Below are positions 38,095 to 51,564 of a stretch of 64,000 nucleotides of DNA, piece by piece (the stretch's first letter is position 1; each line of letters starts with the position of its first letter). The notes below the pieces were generated by a model. That model was given only the letters and a program-made list of their open reading frames with translations, did not search any database and was not told the DNA's origin. Made by a program: the position numbers and the translations under genes. The stretch covers positions 2,177,950-2,241,949 of the forward strand of contig NW_004797276.1 of assembly GCF_000002075.1 (NCBI RefSeq), in the 5' to 3' direction. The stretch comes from Aplysia californica (Eukaryota).

Positions 38095-39030
38095 CAGTGC
38101 TTCCACTCTTTCGTATTTTTACGGAAATATGTACTTTCTTCCAGTTCCGAACTTGTTCCTCCGTTAAAAAAAACTGCGACAGTGCAAGACTGCCGAAATT
38201 CCGTACTCGCCTTCGTATCGTCTTGTATAGTTACGGATATTTACGGCAATTCTCTCGGCAATAAGTTAATGTTATAGAAACCTGCCAGATTGTTCATTTC
38301 CTTCAGTCAGCCATTATTCTGCTATGCCCCGTGCATTCACTGCGGGTTGGTCGGTAGTACATTTTTTACCTGCAGGTGGATCAAAATCTGGCGAACTTTT
38401 TGTGCCAATTTCCTCCTTTCTATCGTTCACTCGTTCCTTCTGTCTATCTTCGGATTGTTGCCGCGGCTTGAAAATCTGCGCGTTGATCGATCGCCTGACT
38501 CGGTCACCTCAAAAACAAACATGTTTGTTTTCAGTTCCAGGCGATCGGCCTGATCCAGCCGTAGGTAAAATCAAGAATAATTAGAAGTGGTAATCCGAGG
38601 TTGTAACAGGCAACATTCAGACGTGAAAATTCAGGAAAAATTCAGGTATACGCTGGGCAACTGTATTGTGAAGGTACATATTTATTCATTATTCTCAGGT
38701 TTGCCTGCTATCAATGGTGCAACGACAAATTAATCGAATTATAGTAGCAATGAAAGGGGAACCTGCTTTTAAATATTGCCAGCAATGGAAAGATATATTG
38801 GTGAAGAAATCAAACAAGACAAAATGTTTGTGAAAAAATAAATTTTATGGGCTGTGGGCAATCCCTTCAAACAGGCTCCCTAATGCCATAACCCTCTATA
38901 AGTACTAAATTTCAATTTCTTTGGGGGCTTTGCCCCCTGAACCCCCACCGGGACTCTCTCCGTGGACCCTGCTGCAGAGACCCCCGGCACAATTTTCCTC
39001 ACTTTTCAGTTTCAGCTGGTGGAAGCATTG
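38095..39030. mobile_element. Short copy of the same DNA transposon, lacking the ~1.2-kb middle
   Basis: TIR CAGTGCTTCCAC / GTGGAAGCATTG; direct repeat aaaatg on both flanks. Confidence 0.75.
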
Positions 39031-41789
39031 AAAATGAAAAAGTAAAAAAAGAAACCACCAGTCTTACATAGTCGTGGCTGCTTTGCTCAATTGTGACACA
39101 TGGTAGGATCCGTATACATGTTGGGCAAAATGAGAAATCAAGTTGCAAGTTAAGCCAATTATTTCATCCCGTCTAACCTCTTTTGAAATGCCATGTTGCT
39201 TCTGTGTTTATGGCAAGCCACCTCAATATTGCGGGTAGTTAGAAGTTGCCGCTGGTAGGTCCTCCTCCTTTGCCTTTGTGATCCGTCTTCTTTTTTTTCT
39301 TCTTTTTCTGAGCAGTAAATGGCCATAATGACGTCTATGTGCTTCTCTTTGCCCAAACAAACCACAGCCACTCTCTTTTCCTCATTATCAGGCTATTGTT
39401 TTTTGTATGCGTTCTTGTGTAGCTGCAGAAGCATGTAGGCCTACTCCATAGTTCCTGTTTCCTTTCTGCTCTCACATTTCCGTTATTCTTTTGTTCTTTT
39501 CCCTTTTCTTGTTTATCTTTCCTATGTTTTCTTTCTTTTTCTGTCTCTATGTATGTATACATGCTTGTTTCAATGGAGTCAAACCTGCTTTATCAGTTAC
39601 CTTTTCAAGATAATGAAGCAGATGGTTGGAGGGCACCACTGGTAGGTCCTTCTTCTTTCCTTTCCCTCTGTTGTTCCTGTCTGTCTTACTTTTCCCCTGC
39701 CTTAATAAATGACCATTTTTGTGTGGATGTGCTCTGCTCAAACAAAAACAGGCCAACTACCTGTACAAACGACTACTTCCCTCCTTGCCTTACTTGCACA
39801 CTATAGTTTCACTGTTCAAGATGACGAGCTATCTAGTCCGAGACAGCCACTTTTCTCTTGTCATCTTGGACAATTTTCGACTGTTTACTTGGGAGGAGAG
39901 GGTAAAGTTCACATTACAATTACAACATAGAGTGTGATAGGCTCAACAGTCCCAAATCCGTTAATCCTATTCGCCTTTTCCCCAGCCTCATAAAGAACAG
40001 CAATACATACTTACTCCTTTTTGCACAATAATAATATGTGGACAGTTTCCACCTGTTTCCTTCTCTTCATAGCTCCTTTGTTTGCTGTTTCTGGGTTTTG
40101 TTTTAGTGACATTTCTTTTTAATGTTATAGAGGGATGTAATCCCTGTGCACAAGTGCAGCTCTCCTTAGCAGCATGAAAAGAAAAACAATATTGCTACCT
40201 ATACTATGAGTAACAATGGGGCAGTTGCTGCTAATGGGGAAGTTGTACAATTCAATGGACGGGTATTTGGATGGCACCACTGGTTGGTACTACTTCTTTG
40301 TTTATCCTCTTTTTTACCCGTTGTTTCTGTCGTTCTGGTCTTGCTTCTTCCTCGTACTAGATCTATACGATCGTTATTTTGTCGATATGCTTCTCTTTAC
40401 TCAAACTCAAAATCCAATTCAATGGGTGCAGTGTTTGCAAGTGGGGAAGGTGTCGGACACGATAACAGGAAGGCAAAAGTCCCTCCCATCTTTTTTCAAC
40501 CCAAAACACTTGTGTGGCAGGCGTGGGTTCTAATTGTACAGTCACGTTTGCTGCGGCGCCATCACACACATGGACCGCCCCCAACACTTTGCCCCCTGAT
40601 GCTCCTTTGTTTCCCACTTCATACGAGACATTCATCTCTGCTCTGAGTGTGAATGTGCCTTCGCTCGTGCAGTGAGGCAGAAGAGAATAAAGGTGGCCTA
40701 AAACTGAGAGGAAAATACAAAACGAACATGTTTGTCAACAGCAGTGAGAAGAAGTGGTGAGAAATAGAATACATCATATGTATGGTCTTGGGGAAACCAA
40801 AATTGCCGTCTGATGACTTAAGTTGCAATGAATTGCTCTTAAATTAAATCTTGCTGACATCAACTAACCACCTTAATGAAAAATCCACTGTACTCCGAAA
40901 GTAGTCCGAAAAGTTCTGATTGATATGGACCGGTCCTTGCCCTTTGTAAAATCAGGTTTTTCTAAAGTAGAATGTAAATACGATTTGGCTTGGCATAATT
41001 CTTTTGGTTGCTGCCTCAACTTTCTTGTTCTGGGCTGATACTGATAGATGGCGTTCAGGCTTTGTATTTGCATGTATTTGTGTTAGGACACAGTGGGATC
41101 AGGCTCTCGTCAAGTTTTTGGTTTATGGAGTTATTGGTATGATCTTGTTTTTCTTTTGATGAAAAGAAACACCCATGTACAGTGCTCCACAGCAATGACT
41201 AATAAAAGGACCACCGTGACCATCATGATATGATGTCCCTGTTATGGCTGGGGATCAAATTTAATACACTGCAACTCATGATTAACTAATGTGATCACTT
41301 TTATTACATATATTAAACACTACCAATTTATTAGTTATCTTTACTTTCTATTTCCAGTGATATTTTTTTCCTCGTCATATTTATCTTATTGCTAGTATAG
41401 TAGTCTCATAGAGGTTGACTAGACATAATTATATTGAAGTGCATGGGTAATTACTAATAACAATACTTGCATTTTTATAGCAGCACTTGTACATGCTTGT
41501 CTGAGTCTACAGCATAGTTTCTGTGCTTTACAACTATTTATAATCAGATATTTGCCACATTTAGGAAAAGGATTAAACAGATCTGCGGTAGATCTAACAC
41601 CTTGTACCTTCTTTTCATTCAATCATTTATTCCGTAACAAGTTTAGCTACCCCGTGGGTGCTAGACCAAGGTCGTGCTAAATTGCTAAATGTATATATGC
41701 ATCAACACCAAAGTACATCCAGCTTTCCTCCCTCCCCTGCACAGTTGATACTTATTTTGACTTTTTACTTTTTCATCCTCTGTTGCTGT

Positions 41790-42450
41790 TAAGCGTCGAG
41801 GGGAGATGCAGTTTTCTATGGTAGGCCAGCTCTGCAGCTCTTTCAGTTGTGATATTGTTTTCTCAGGGTTTCCTTGGCACTCTCGATCCACCTTTTGCGT
41901 GGCCTTCCTCTTCCTTTATAGCCTGAGTGCTTGGTGTTGTAGGTTCTCGAGGCTGGTTGGCCTGGTGACATACGCAACAGGTGACCAAACCGTTTCATTC
42001 TCTGTCTTTCTATGTAATGCAGGCAGGACTCAATGCCGATAGCTGCTCTTATTTCTTCATTTCTCTGCCTGTCTCGTCTTGTGATGTTTTGCAGAGACAT
42101 TTCATTTCGCATGCGGTGATTTTGCTTTCATGGGTTTTACTTAATGTCCAGGTCTGGCACTAATAGCATAATGTTGGTATTAATATCGAGGTGACAAGCT
42201 GTCTCTTTGTGTCCATGGAGGTGTTTGGGTGAGATAGGATGGGTGCAAGCTTGTAGGTGACAGCATTGGCTTTTTGGGTTCGCATTTCTATTTCTCTGTC
42301 TATGGCCTATGGACCCGTCCGTTTTAAGAAAAAGTACTGCCAAGATATATAACTCCTTCACCTGTTCCAGTTGTTTACTAATGACATTTATGTTCAGGGG
42401 ACTATGGTTTCAGCTCACTTTCACAACTTCTGTTTTTGATATGCACAGTT
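41790..42450 (-). mobile_element. RTE-clade LINE 3' fragment, frameshifted
   Basis: LEQVKE...; RDRQRNEEIRAAIGIESCLHYIERQRMKRFGHLLRM...GRGRPRKRWIE, the typical RTE post-RT C-terminal motif. Confidence 0.85.
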
Positions 42451-42913
42451 GATATGATATTTAAAATGTGTTCACAATCAACTTGGCCCAACTGTGAGTC
42501 ACATAGGACCATCATTTTGGGCTTTTTTCTGCTTTATTTTCTGTTTTAGTTTTGTGTCAATGGTTGGACCACTATTGTTACAGCCAAGCATGTCTGTCTG
42601 AATGCTTGTTGTAAAAGAACTTTTTACTATGCATAAAAGAGATGAGACTGCCATAGCTGAAATCCTGTTATAACTGAGACTGTTATAAGTAGGGCCCATT
42701 GTATCTTAAGTAGAAGTCAAGTGAAGGTGGGGTGTCGCCTGGGGTCAGATGTAAAAGTAGCGAGAAAATGGCTGCCAGTTTGGTAGCATCCAAAGCCTGG
42801 GTGTCCTTGGAATTTGCAAACGTACATTATTTGTGCCGTTGATCAACATTTGCCAGTAAATTCCGCACAGAAATATGTTTTTGAATAGACAAAAAAGGTA
42901 TTGAGTCTCCCCC

Positions 42914-42946
<33 letters not shown>

Positions 42947-44319
42947 AACAAAAACCCCCAAAAAATCTGATAAAAATTGCCCAGCGGAGGGAAAAATTTT
43001 GATTTCTTCAATTTCATTATAATGACAAACGCCTGATTCCACCATGACGCCACCCATTTCTTTCCTTACATTTTTGGAGGGTACATGTATTAAATATGAC
43101 CTTGCAGTGCGAATAATGCAGCAGCACTGTGACACTTTTGGAGGTTTGTGATGGGTACTGTTTGTTCTTACTATCCCTTTGTTTTTTTTCCACACATACT
43201 TGACATACATAATATTGAAGATAATACGTGTACTTTAAAGCCCTTAATGCAGAGCACAAAGCTTTAGGTCAATAAACAGACACCGCATATTGTTTGTATG
43301 ATCATCAGTTCCTTTTTTTACTTACTTGCATCGTCTTTCATTACAAACCGAGGAAAACTGTAGAGGAAGTGAATAGGCCAGCAATTTTGTAGGTCAGGGG
43401 TCATCAACCTCCAGCCTTTAACGTAGGCCAGTGTTAACCTTATGTGAGTTTCTGTCTGGCCCAATGCTCCTCAACTTATTTATTTTAAAAATCTGACCAA
43501 ATTAACTTTACTGTGACTATGATCATAATATATACATTGTTTCCTTTCTGCAAAAAGACACTCTCGGACTTGTTTTGAGGAGAGACCAATGTACACATTA
43601 GTCATGAAATGCCCGATATCCCTATGTTTTTCACCCACATCTGGAATCGTTTGTCTTAAACGTTTTATTGCACATATTTACTAAAAGATATAATTAGACG
43701 GAAGGGGAATAAATTATTTTTATTTGTGCTTTTAAATTTCAAATTAATAGAAATACTGATCAATCTAAATTTAAGTAACTTATTAAGTCGTCTTTGAACT
43801 TACCACGATTCTGACTTATTTTGGTTCATTTACTACTTTCAGGGGAAATACAAATGGAGGAAGGGTTCCAAAGAGTTCATTTAGTTAACTCTTTCAGAAT
43901 TTTGTGCAATTCTGAATCCAACTGAGTAATTTCGCTGTTGTGCATGTCATTGCAGTTAAAGGGTGCGAGTAGTATTTTCTACTTCTTTACTTTCCCTTTT
44001 GTTTCTGTCTGTTTTGCCTTTTCCTTATTAAGCTGAACGTCTGTTACTGTGTCAGTGTACTTCTGTTTACTGAAAAACAAAAAAAGTAGCTCATGTCATT
44101 CTGTTCTTCTTGGAAGGAGCATGTTGTGAGCTCAATTGGTGTCATGCGGTATTGGGGCAAAGGCAACCCTTGTTTGAATTTCCTGCTGGGCATACAAGAA
44201 CTTAGGGGTTTTTTTTGCTTTATTTTTCTTCACCCTCTTATTGCTGTCATAGACTCTTGGAGGTGGGTGTTGTACCAAAGGTACTGCCTTTTACATATTT
44301 CAAAGAAGCATTTAAAGGT

Positions 44320-44660
44320 GGGTGGTTGGAGAGTGCTCTGGTGTGGTTTGCTCCTTCTTTCCTATCAAACATCTATCGGCCTTACCTCTCCTCCTTTTTT
44401 GTGTATGTTACTCTCTTGTAACACCTCAATTCTTCAGCACTTATATGACCTTATTGTGTTGCAAGTGCCGTAAACTCTTGCTGTGGGTGGTTGGCAGGTG
44501 TTCTGGTGTGGTTTGCTTCTTTCCTATGAAACGTCTATCGTCCTTATCTCCCCTTCTTCTTTTTTATGTTTGTTACTCTCTTGTAACACCTCAAATCTTC
44601 TGGCGCTCATATGACCTTATGCAGTTGCGAGCGCCGTAAAACCTCTGCTAAAACTAACTT
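44320..44660 (+). repeat. Two tandem copies of a dispersed ~170-bp retroposon 3'-tail repeat
   Basis: Unit gggtggttgg...ttactctcttgtaacacc...(ggcgctcatatgacc...gcgagcgccgtaaaa). Related copies at ~19600-19685, 37005-37160, 39620-39750, 52775-52900, 56990-57230 and 57350-57480. Confidence 0.7.
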
Positions 44661-44726
44661 CTTGCTAAAACTAAAGACCCAGACCTTACCGTTGGTGAGC
44701 GCCACCAATAGGTCCTACTTTTTTGT

Positions 44727-45077
44727 GGCGTCGGTGGCCTAGTGGTTAGGCTCTCGGGCTCGCAACTGCAAGATCGTGGGTTCGAATCCCGTCAGGGGCC
44801 CGACGTTGTGTCCTTGGGAAAGGCACTTGCAAAAATTTCCCTCACTTCTCTCAGGTGGAAATAGGTACCCGGCTATAGACTGTGAATGATCTTGTCAGTT
44901 TGATAGTGTTTGAGCGCGTAAAATCTGCAGCTTGCACTGTATGCTTCCGCCGAAGCCGAGAATGTTTCAGAGTGTTCTCAGAGGGTCTGCTGGTGTAATA
45001 ATGGTTATAAAGCGCATAGAGCATACTCCTGAGCATGGATATATGCACTATATAAATACAGTTATTATTATTATTAC
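44727..45077 (+). mobile_element. tRNA-derived SINE
   Basis: Pol III A box TGGCCTAGTGG, B box GGTTCGAATCC, central GTTGTGTCCTTGGGAAAGGCAC/AAATAGGTACC segment, LINE-like tail aagcgcatagagc...(tta)n. Confidence 0.85.
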
Positions 45078-45838
45078 TTTTTCACTTTTCCTCTGTTGTT
45101 TGTGTCTGTCAGTCTTACTTTTTCTCAAATAAATGACGATTATTATGTCGATTTGTTTCTCTTTACCCAAACAAAATCCAGACCAATCCTAACAAATCTC
45201 ATAGCACTTTACTAAATGTAGCAAAAGTGTTGTAGTCCCTACTTGCTTTTCAACTCGTTCACACCAAATCATTATGATGGCAAAAGGGTTTTCAATTCTC
45301 TCACATTTTTTTAATGTCAAAACTGAGAGATGGTAATAACTTATGGTAGAGATGAGTTTTAGTGGTAATGGCAGTGTGGTCATTGTAAACAAGGATGAAT
45401 CACTATGCATGAAGTGACAAAGGTTTCATCTTCATTCTATTTTTCGGAAGAGTCGCCCTCAAGAAGTGCTTCTATAATGAAAGAAAAAAGTGCATGGTGG
45501 AACATTTAAACGGCTTTTGTTAGATTAAACATTTTTGGAAATGAAACAAGACTTTAGTTTGTCATAATGAGGCTGCCATTGGTTAAGTGTGTGTATTTCG
45601 TCTTTATGTGTAAGGAATGGATTCAGTTTTCCAGCTTTTTAGCCACCAAGCAAGATTGTTTCTCATAACAACTAGATTTTTATATTGAAAGCTGGAAGAT
45701 TCCCAGTATGTTCTTATTCATTTAACTGGCACTCTTGGATTAACATGCGTTTGAATTCAGACTTTGCTAGAAGTGTTCGATTGTGGGAAGACAGATGAGG
45801 CAAGGCTGTCGTCACTGATAAGTCCTCCCCCTTTTCAG

Positions 45839-46015
45839 CCTTGCGGGCTCTGCATGCAGACTCCGAGCACCTCGTCCGTACATCCCCGGTCTCCTCCCCT
45901 GCTGACTTGATACAGGATGATTTCGAAATGTCGGCAGGGGTGTCTGCTGGTGCTAAGGATGATCCCTTTATCCACACTGCCAGGCAGACAAAATGGGCAG
46001 TCGCTCGAGCCAGAG
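45839..46015 (+). CDS. Gene B module V3 exon a: linker plus start of DUF3504/Crypton-like region (TARQTKWAVARAR)
   Basis: Acceptor ccccttttcag|CC (phase 1), donor AGA G|gtgagt (phase 1). Splices in frame to 46890 giving TKWAVARAREWL, matching the N-terminal motif of Crypton-derived KCTD1/QRICH1/ZMYM-type domains. Confidence 0.8.
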
Positions 46016-46889
46016 GTGAGTTCTGGTTTTATCTTTTTTGTGTTAGTCAAATAAAAATGGTTGTTCCTGGAGGTTGTATGATGTAAAACCTATTTTTCTC
46101 CCAACAAAATTTCCATGTGTCATGGAAACTTTTGGAACACCATGTGGAATAAAATCTTATAAAGTTTTTCTCACAGCTTGGAGTTTAAGTAAAGTATGAA
46201 AGTAAATGTAAATGTTCATTATAAGGGCTGTTACTTTAGCAAAGGGGAAGTGTTCCACTTGTGTGTGTGTGTGGGGGGGGTGTAATCAAGTGCATTAGTT
46301 AGAATTACGGTAATGGTATTGATGTGAAGTATATAGTAATTTTGAATCAATTTTTTAAGAAAGAATCCTGCTCTATTTTTCATATCGATGTATGATGAAC
46401 CGGATTGCAATAGTAGTATTTTGATATTGATACCTTTTGGCTACAGTTGAAATGTTTGAAGTCATGCCTTGTGAAATGTGGTAGTTTTTTTTATACTGAT
46501 AATGACATTTTGTCTTTAAAAAGCTTAAAAGGTGATTTAGATCATAAGTCTTTTGGTTGCAAAAGTGGAATGTGATGCTATTTATATTGTGGAATACTAC
46601 AACTTTTAAAAACTTTGTTTTCTCCTAGGTTTGTTTAATACAGTGTTTATTCCTTTATGGTGTCATTGTTCTTTTGGGCAGTTCCTTTGGTATAGATTTT
46701 TTTCTTAATCGCAAAAATTACAGTTCTGGTTACACTTTTGAATTCTGACTTTAAAGTTCCATGCATGCTTTGAAAACTTTTGTTTGGGTTTTTTAGGTTA
46801 TTTTAGATTCCTTCATTAAGCAATTTTATTAGTCTGGCGAAATTTACAAGATTTAGTTAGTTGATTCCGAATTTTTTCCCCGTTTTCAG

Positions 46890-47668
46890 AATGGCTGACT
46901 AACCATGGTATGAGCCCAGAATTTGAGATATTCACGGAGACACAGCTGAACCAGATGATGGCAGGCTTCTATACAACTGGACAGAAAAAAGGTGGAGCTC
47001 CTTTTTCTGCCACAGCTCTGCTGGCATTTCGAACAGCCGTGAACAGACACTTAAATAAGTGTGGGCGTCAAATCAGCCTTGCGACATCACATGCTTTTAA
47101 AGAATCAAATGCTGTCCTGGCCAGAATTCAGTCAACGTCGGTCAGAATAAGTAAGACTATTTCTGTGGGTGACATTAAATTGTTGTACTCCAATGGTACC
47201 TTGTCTAACTCAAACCCTCAGTCCTTGCTTCATAAAGTTTGGTTCGAGCTTCAGATTCATTTTCGAGCTAAGATTGACTGGAGTCAAGTGAGCGCTGAAC
47301 AGTTCTTTTTTTCACATGATCCCTTGGGTCGTGTGGTAGTCACATGGAACACACGAGGCTACGGCAACTGTAATGAAGTGACTATGATAGAACCCAATGG
47401 AGGCCCTTATTGCCCTGTTCAGTCTCTTCGTCTCTACCTGCAACACCGTAACCGGAGCCACAAGGCCTTTCTGCAAGTACCTGTTGCTCGGCTGGACAGT
47501 CCGTCATCTGCCTGGTATCTGCCTGAAGAAGTCCGTGACCACAAGGAGAAGCAGATGATGAAAAAGATCTCTGCCCTGGGCAAGCTGAGCCAGATATACA
47601 CCAACGCCTGTGTGCTGGCCAGCTTTGAGGAGCACTTTCAAGCAATCTCTAGCTTCAAGCCTGTGTGA
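46890..47668 (+). CDS. Gene B module V3 exon b: DUF3504 / Crypton tyrosine-recombinase-derived domain, catalytically inactive; terminal exon
   Basis: Acceptor cgttttcag|AA (phase 1). Motifs LNQMMAGFY, TAVNRHL, FKESNAVL, PQSLLHKVWFELQIHF, CPVQSLRLYL, FLQVP, WY, MMKKISALGKLSQIYTN. Stop TGA at 47668. Confidence 0.85.
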
Positions 47669-47960
47669 TTTCTCTTTTCAGTGTTAGCTGATGTCTCTGT
47701 GCCAAAAAGCCCATAATAATGTGATCCCAGATGGAAGTATATGTTAAAAATGTTTTAATATTTAAGACAAACTTGGATTTCCCATAGTACTGTGCTTGTA
47801 CTTGTTTTTCTGTGTTGTCTGGATAAACTTCAGAGGTAGTAGATAAAGGTTTTTTTTCTCTCCACAAACTGCAACTGAGTTTACCTTCCTCAGTTTTTTT
47901 TTTTTATTACTTTTGCTAAAGATTTTGAAAGGAAAAATTATTTATTGACTTTATATTGAT

Positions 47961-50900
47961 ACAGTGATGTCCTCTTAACAGCAACACAGACAAGAGCAAC
48001 GTCCACCTCACAGCAACTTTAGCTTGTGTATCGTAACTTATCCTATATAAAAAAATCCCGATTTAAGAGCAACCTTTTCCTCTAACAGCAACCTTCTATG
48101 CTTTAAGTTAACGAAAATCATTTAATGAAGATTCAAAAACTTTAAACAGCGACACTGGCCTATAATTTCAGTGCTCCTCAAAACAACTGGGCGGGCCAAA
48201 ATTTCATGATGCTGAGTACAGGAGTTAAGTTCAGTTCACGCCCTCTCACCAGGAGCTAAGAACAGGCACGAGCCAAGAAAAGTACCCGTTTCTCGCGAGA
48301 ACGGCCCTTCCCGTCACTTCCCGGCCACTAAACTACTGGCCGGTTCCGAGAAGTCATACCACTTATTGGCTTGACATAACGAGAAAATGAGAGGTGCCGA
48401 CAGAAAGAGAAATGACACGCAGACAGTGTCACCCATCACCGTGTCGTCGTGTGTCTGAAACTGAAAGGGAGGGGAGAGGGTGGCTTGGCGAGTTGATCAG
48501 GGCTTAGGCCTAGGCCAAGGACCTTACTGTGTAACCTCCGTGGCCTAGGCCTAGGTCTCCCTACCTTTCTTCACCGCCTGCGCCACATGGCTAGCCTAGT
48601 TTAGATCCCAGCCACGGCCGGCTTTCTCGCTCAACGAGCTGCTCGTCCAACTGCGAGAGACGAGAAGCACTTCTTGGGACCGCCCGACGAGAAATGGATT
48701 AGCTTCCCGATCTGCTCGCTCGCGAAGAAAAAATACTATATGTTATATCGTGGGTTTGGGTTATCATAACTTTGAAGTTTAGAAGCCCTTTTCCCCCACC
48801 CATGGAAGTTCAGGGAGCAGCAACGTCCGCCTAATAGTAGGTACCACAAGCGAAATTTTTTTGGAACAATATTGACGTTTAAACCTCAGGGGTTCAAATC
48901 TACTCTATGAAACAAGAACATTAAAAAAAAGAATTATCAAAATCCATCAATAAACAATGGAGATATGGTATTTCAAAGTTTTATTTTTGAACGAAACCTT
49001 TTCAACTGCGACTTTCACCCATGTTTGAGGTGTTCTAAAATACAAAGTGCATGATGAAATCAATGAAAAGTTTGTTTTTCCCAGAGCTGTCAACACAAAT
49101 ATTGATATCTCTAAATCAAAGCATGTTAGAATGACTGGCTTCCAAGATATAGGCCTTCAAAAATTGGGGGAAAATGCCAAAATTTGTCATTAAGAGCTCA
49201 GAACCCTATTTTAACCTCTTCCAAATTAGTCAAAACTGCCTCCTCATTAGTGAAAATCACACAATCATTACAAATACATGCATAGACTTAGCTGAATTTT
49301 TTTCAGACCTCTCTGACCATAAGTAAATTTTCTGGACTCCTCTGAAGTGGGCTTCGGTGCAAAAAACGCCTCTTGGAAAAAAATTAGGGGAACTCTGGTA
49401 CATCCTCGGGCAAAAAGCATCACAACAAGTGAACAAATTAAGCTACAGGGCTAAATCGTACATCAAATTAAAGCTCAATGCAAGCTCTACGGGGCCAAAT
49501 GAAAATTGTTTACTAAAACCTCTCATAACACTCCATAATAGGGCCCTAATGCCCAAAAACCTGCCATTATTGAGTGAAAATTATAAACGTCTGCCGACTG
49601 GAAAAAAAAATCATATAAAATCAACAAATTGTGCTACAAGGCTGCATTATATATCAAACTAAAGCTCTTTTCAGGCTCTGTACAATGGATTAGTTTATAG
49701 AAAGAAAAAAAACTTCCAAACATTTCAGATATGTGGACAATAATGTGGAAAAAGTCATCAATATTGGTTCAGAAATTAAAGATTTCTGCTTAGGGGGTTT
49801 AAAAATTGGAATTAAATCAACATACTGTTCTGCCATGGTTCATCTTGTATAATATAGATCTAGTTCTAGATTTATTTATCATTTTAGCTGAGAAAGAAAC
49901 CAGTGGCTGGGGAAATACAATGTATCATCGTGTGTCCAGTAAGTGGATGGAAGAAAGAGGGGGGGTGGGGGGGCATTTCTCCAATTAGCTATCAGGTGAC
50001 ATCTAAGTCTAAATAAGTCTAAGAATACGTAAAAAGGCTGGTTGATTCAATAATTGAATATCCACCAATCAAGATCGTAGATCTAGCCTTTTTTGTTACC
50101 AAAGTAAGTGCCAAACAATAGATCTACGAACATTTCCATCGGTAACACTAACACCCGGTAACCCCCTTCCGAGTGTTAAGTAGTGTGTGATGACATGTTA
50201 CTATAAATAGAACTCCCAGTTCTACTCTTCACGGCTTAGATTTCAATGCATTTAGAATAAAGGTGTTCTTAGTTGAAAAGACAGCAAAAATACCACCACG
50301 AAGCGATACATTTGTATAGATCGCAATTAATTCACTATGAGGTGGGGCAAATGTAGGTCGACGTGATTCCCACCAAACAATAACAATCCAACCACACGGC
50401 AAGTGGTGGCCGATTAGTCTTATTTTTCAAAACACAATGTTCATAAGTATCCTAAAAGAAAGTTGTGATAATACTTACATAAATTGACGCCATAAACAGA
50501 TCTATCGAATGTTACTTTTACTGAACCATCATTATAATCGTCTGCTGGTTGGGTCAAGTCAGAGGGAGTGGAAATGGGCGATGGAACAGCTGCAATGGCA
50601 GAATGACGACCTCCCGAAAGTGGTTGTTACCCCACTTCAGAAAAAGTAATATTTCTACTTTGTGGAACGTAGTTGGCTTTTCTAAACTCATAAACATGAT
50701 GGTAGAGATGTCTAGGAATATGATCCTGGCACGGATAGCCCGATTTGTGTCGAATTTCATCTTTTAAAATGCTTTCTTCGTCTTTACATCGTACCACTCA
50801 AGCTTTCCGCTCGGAATAAAAAGATAAACACATTCCCCAGAAATTCTCCTGAAATCCCAGATTTTTATATTCAAACCGCAAGAAAATTTGATGATTCACG

Positions 50901-51245
50901 ACTGAGAAATCGAAATTTAAAACAAGTAGGCCTACCCCCAAATCTAAGCGCGCAAAATTGTGAGACGGCCGAGTTTTCACGTGTTAAACTTTAGTCCATT
51001 AAAAACTAAATATGCAATCATAAGTATCAGTTTCTCATTCACCATGGAGAAGGAAAGACACAGAAAACAATGGTATAATTTTTATTAGTGTTTACCAAAA
51101 TTAAAAACAGCTAATAGTTTGATGAAGTTGTCCAAATCTGGCTCCAGCCGTAGCTGTCTGCCTTGAAAACGGCCCGCCTGCGGTACCTACTAATAGTGAA
51201 CAAGGCCTGCTTTCCAAGGGCGTTGCTGGTAGGGAGCCACCATTG
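47961..51245. mobile_element. pogo-like element interrupted by a nested 2.35-kb insertion
   Basis: TA|CAGTGATGTCCTCTTAACAGCAAC at the left; GTTGCTGGTAGGGAGCCACCATTG|TA at the right. Confidence 0.5.
48838..51189. mobile_element. Non-autonomous hAT-like DNA transposon
   Basis: TIR TAGGTACC(A/G)CA(A/G)GCG; ctaatag(t) 7-8-bp direct repeat on both flanks (48831, 51190); no transposase ORF. Confidence 0.7.
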
Positions 51246-51308
51246 TAATATTATTTCCAGCACTGTCTTACATATTCTGTCATCAACTGTCCCAAGTACA
51301 TGACTTAA

Positions 51309-51564
51309 CCCTGTCCATACGCCTGGGGTCATTTTGTACCTCAGGGCTTGTATTCTTCACATTTTAGAATACTTCTACTTCTAGTGCGAAGATCTCTTTG
51401 AAACTTTCATTATTTCTCAAAAAATCATTTTGACAGACTGCTATGCAAAGCGTACTGATCGGATTAAGGAGTAAATTTCCTCTTTGGAAAGTGGGGGCAC
51501 AGAGTTCCTCACGTCGCATGGATATCATATGGATACGATAGTAAAACACAACGTATGGACAGGG
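51309..51564 (+). mobile_element. piggyBac-like MITE
   Basis: TTAA|CCCTGTCCATACG ... CGTATGGACAGGG|TTAA: perfect 13-bp TIR and TTAA TSD. Confidence 0.85.

Noticed and set aside
34875-40646. 100-150 aa ORFs (34875, 36660, 40206 and others)
   Set aside because: Low-complexity F/L-rich translations of repeats and introns, with no domain motifs or coherent splice structure.
44727-44800. tRNA gene
   Set aside because: A/B boxes are present but the anticodon and acceptor stems pair poorly, and it continues into a SINE body and (TTA)n tail, so it is a SINE head.
46910-47668. Stand-alone single-exon gene or active phage-type integrase
   Set aside because: The frame extends upstream through a splice acceptor to exon 45839-46015, and the catalytic R/HxxR/Y residues are missing.
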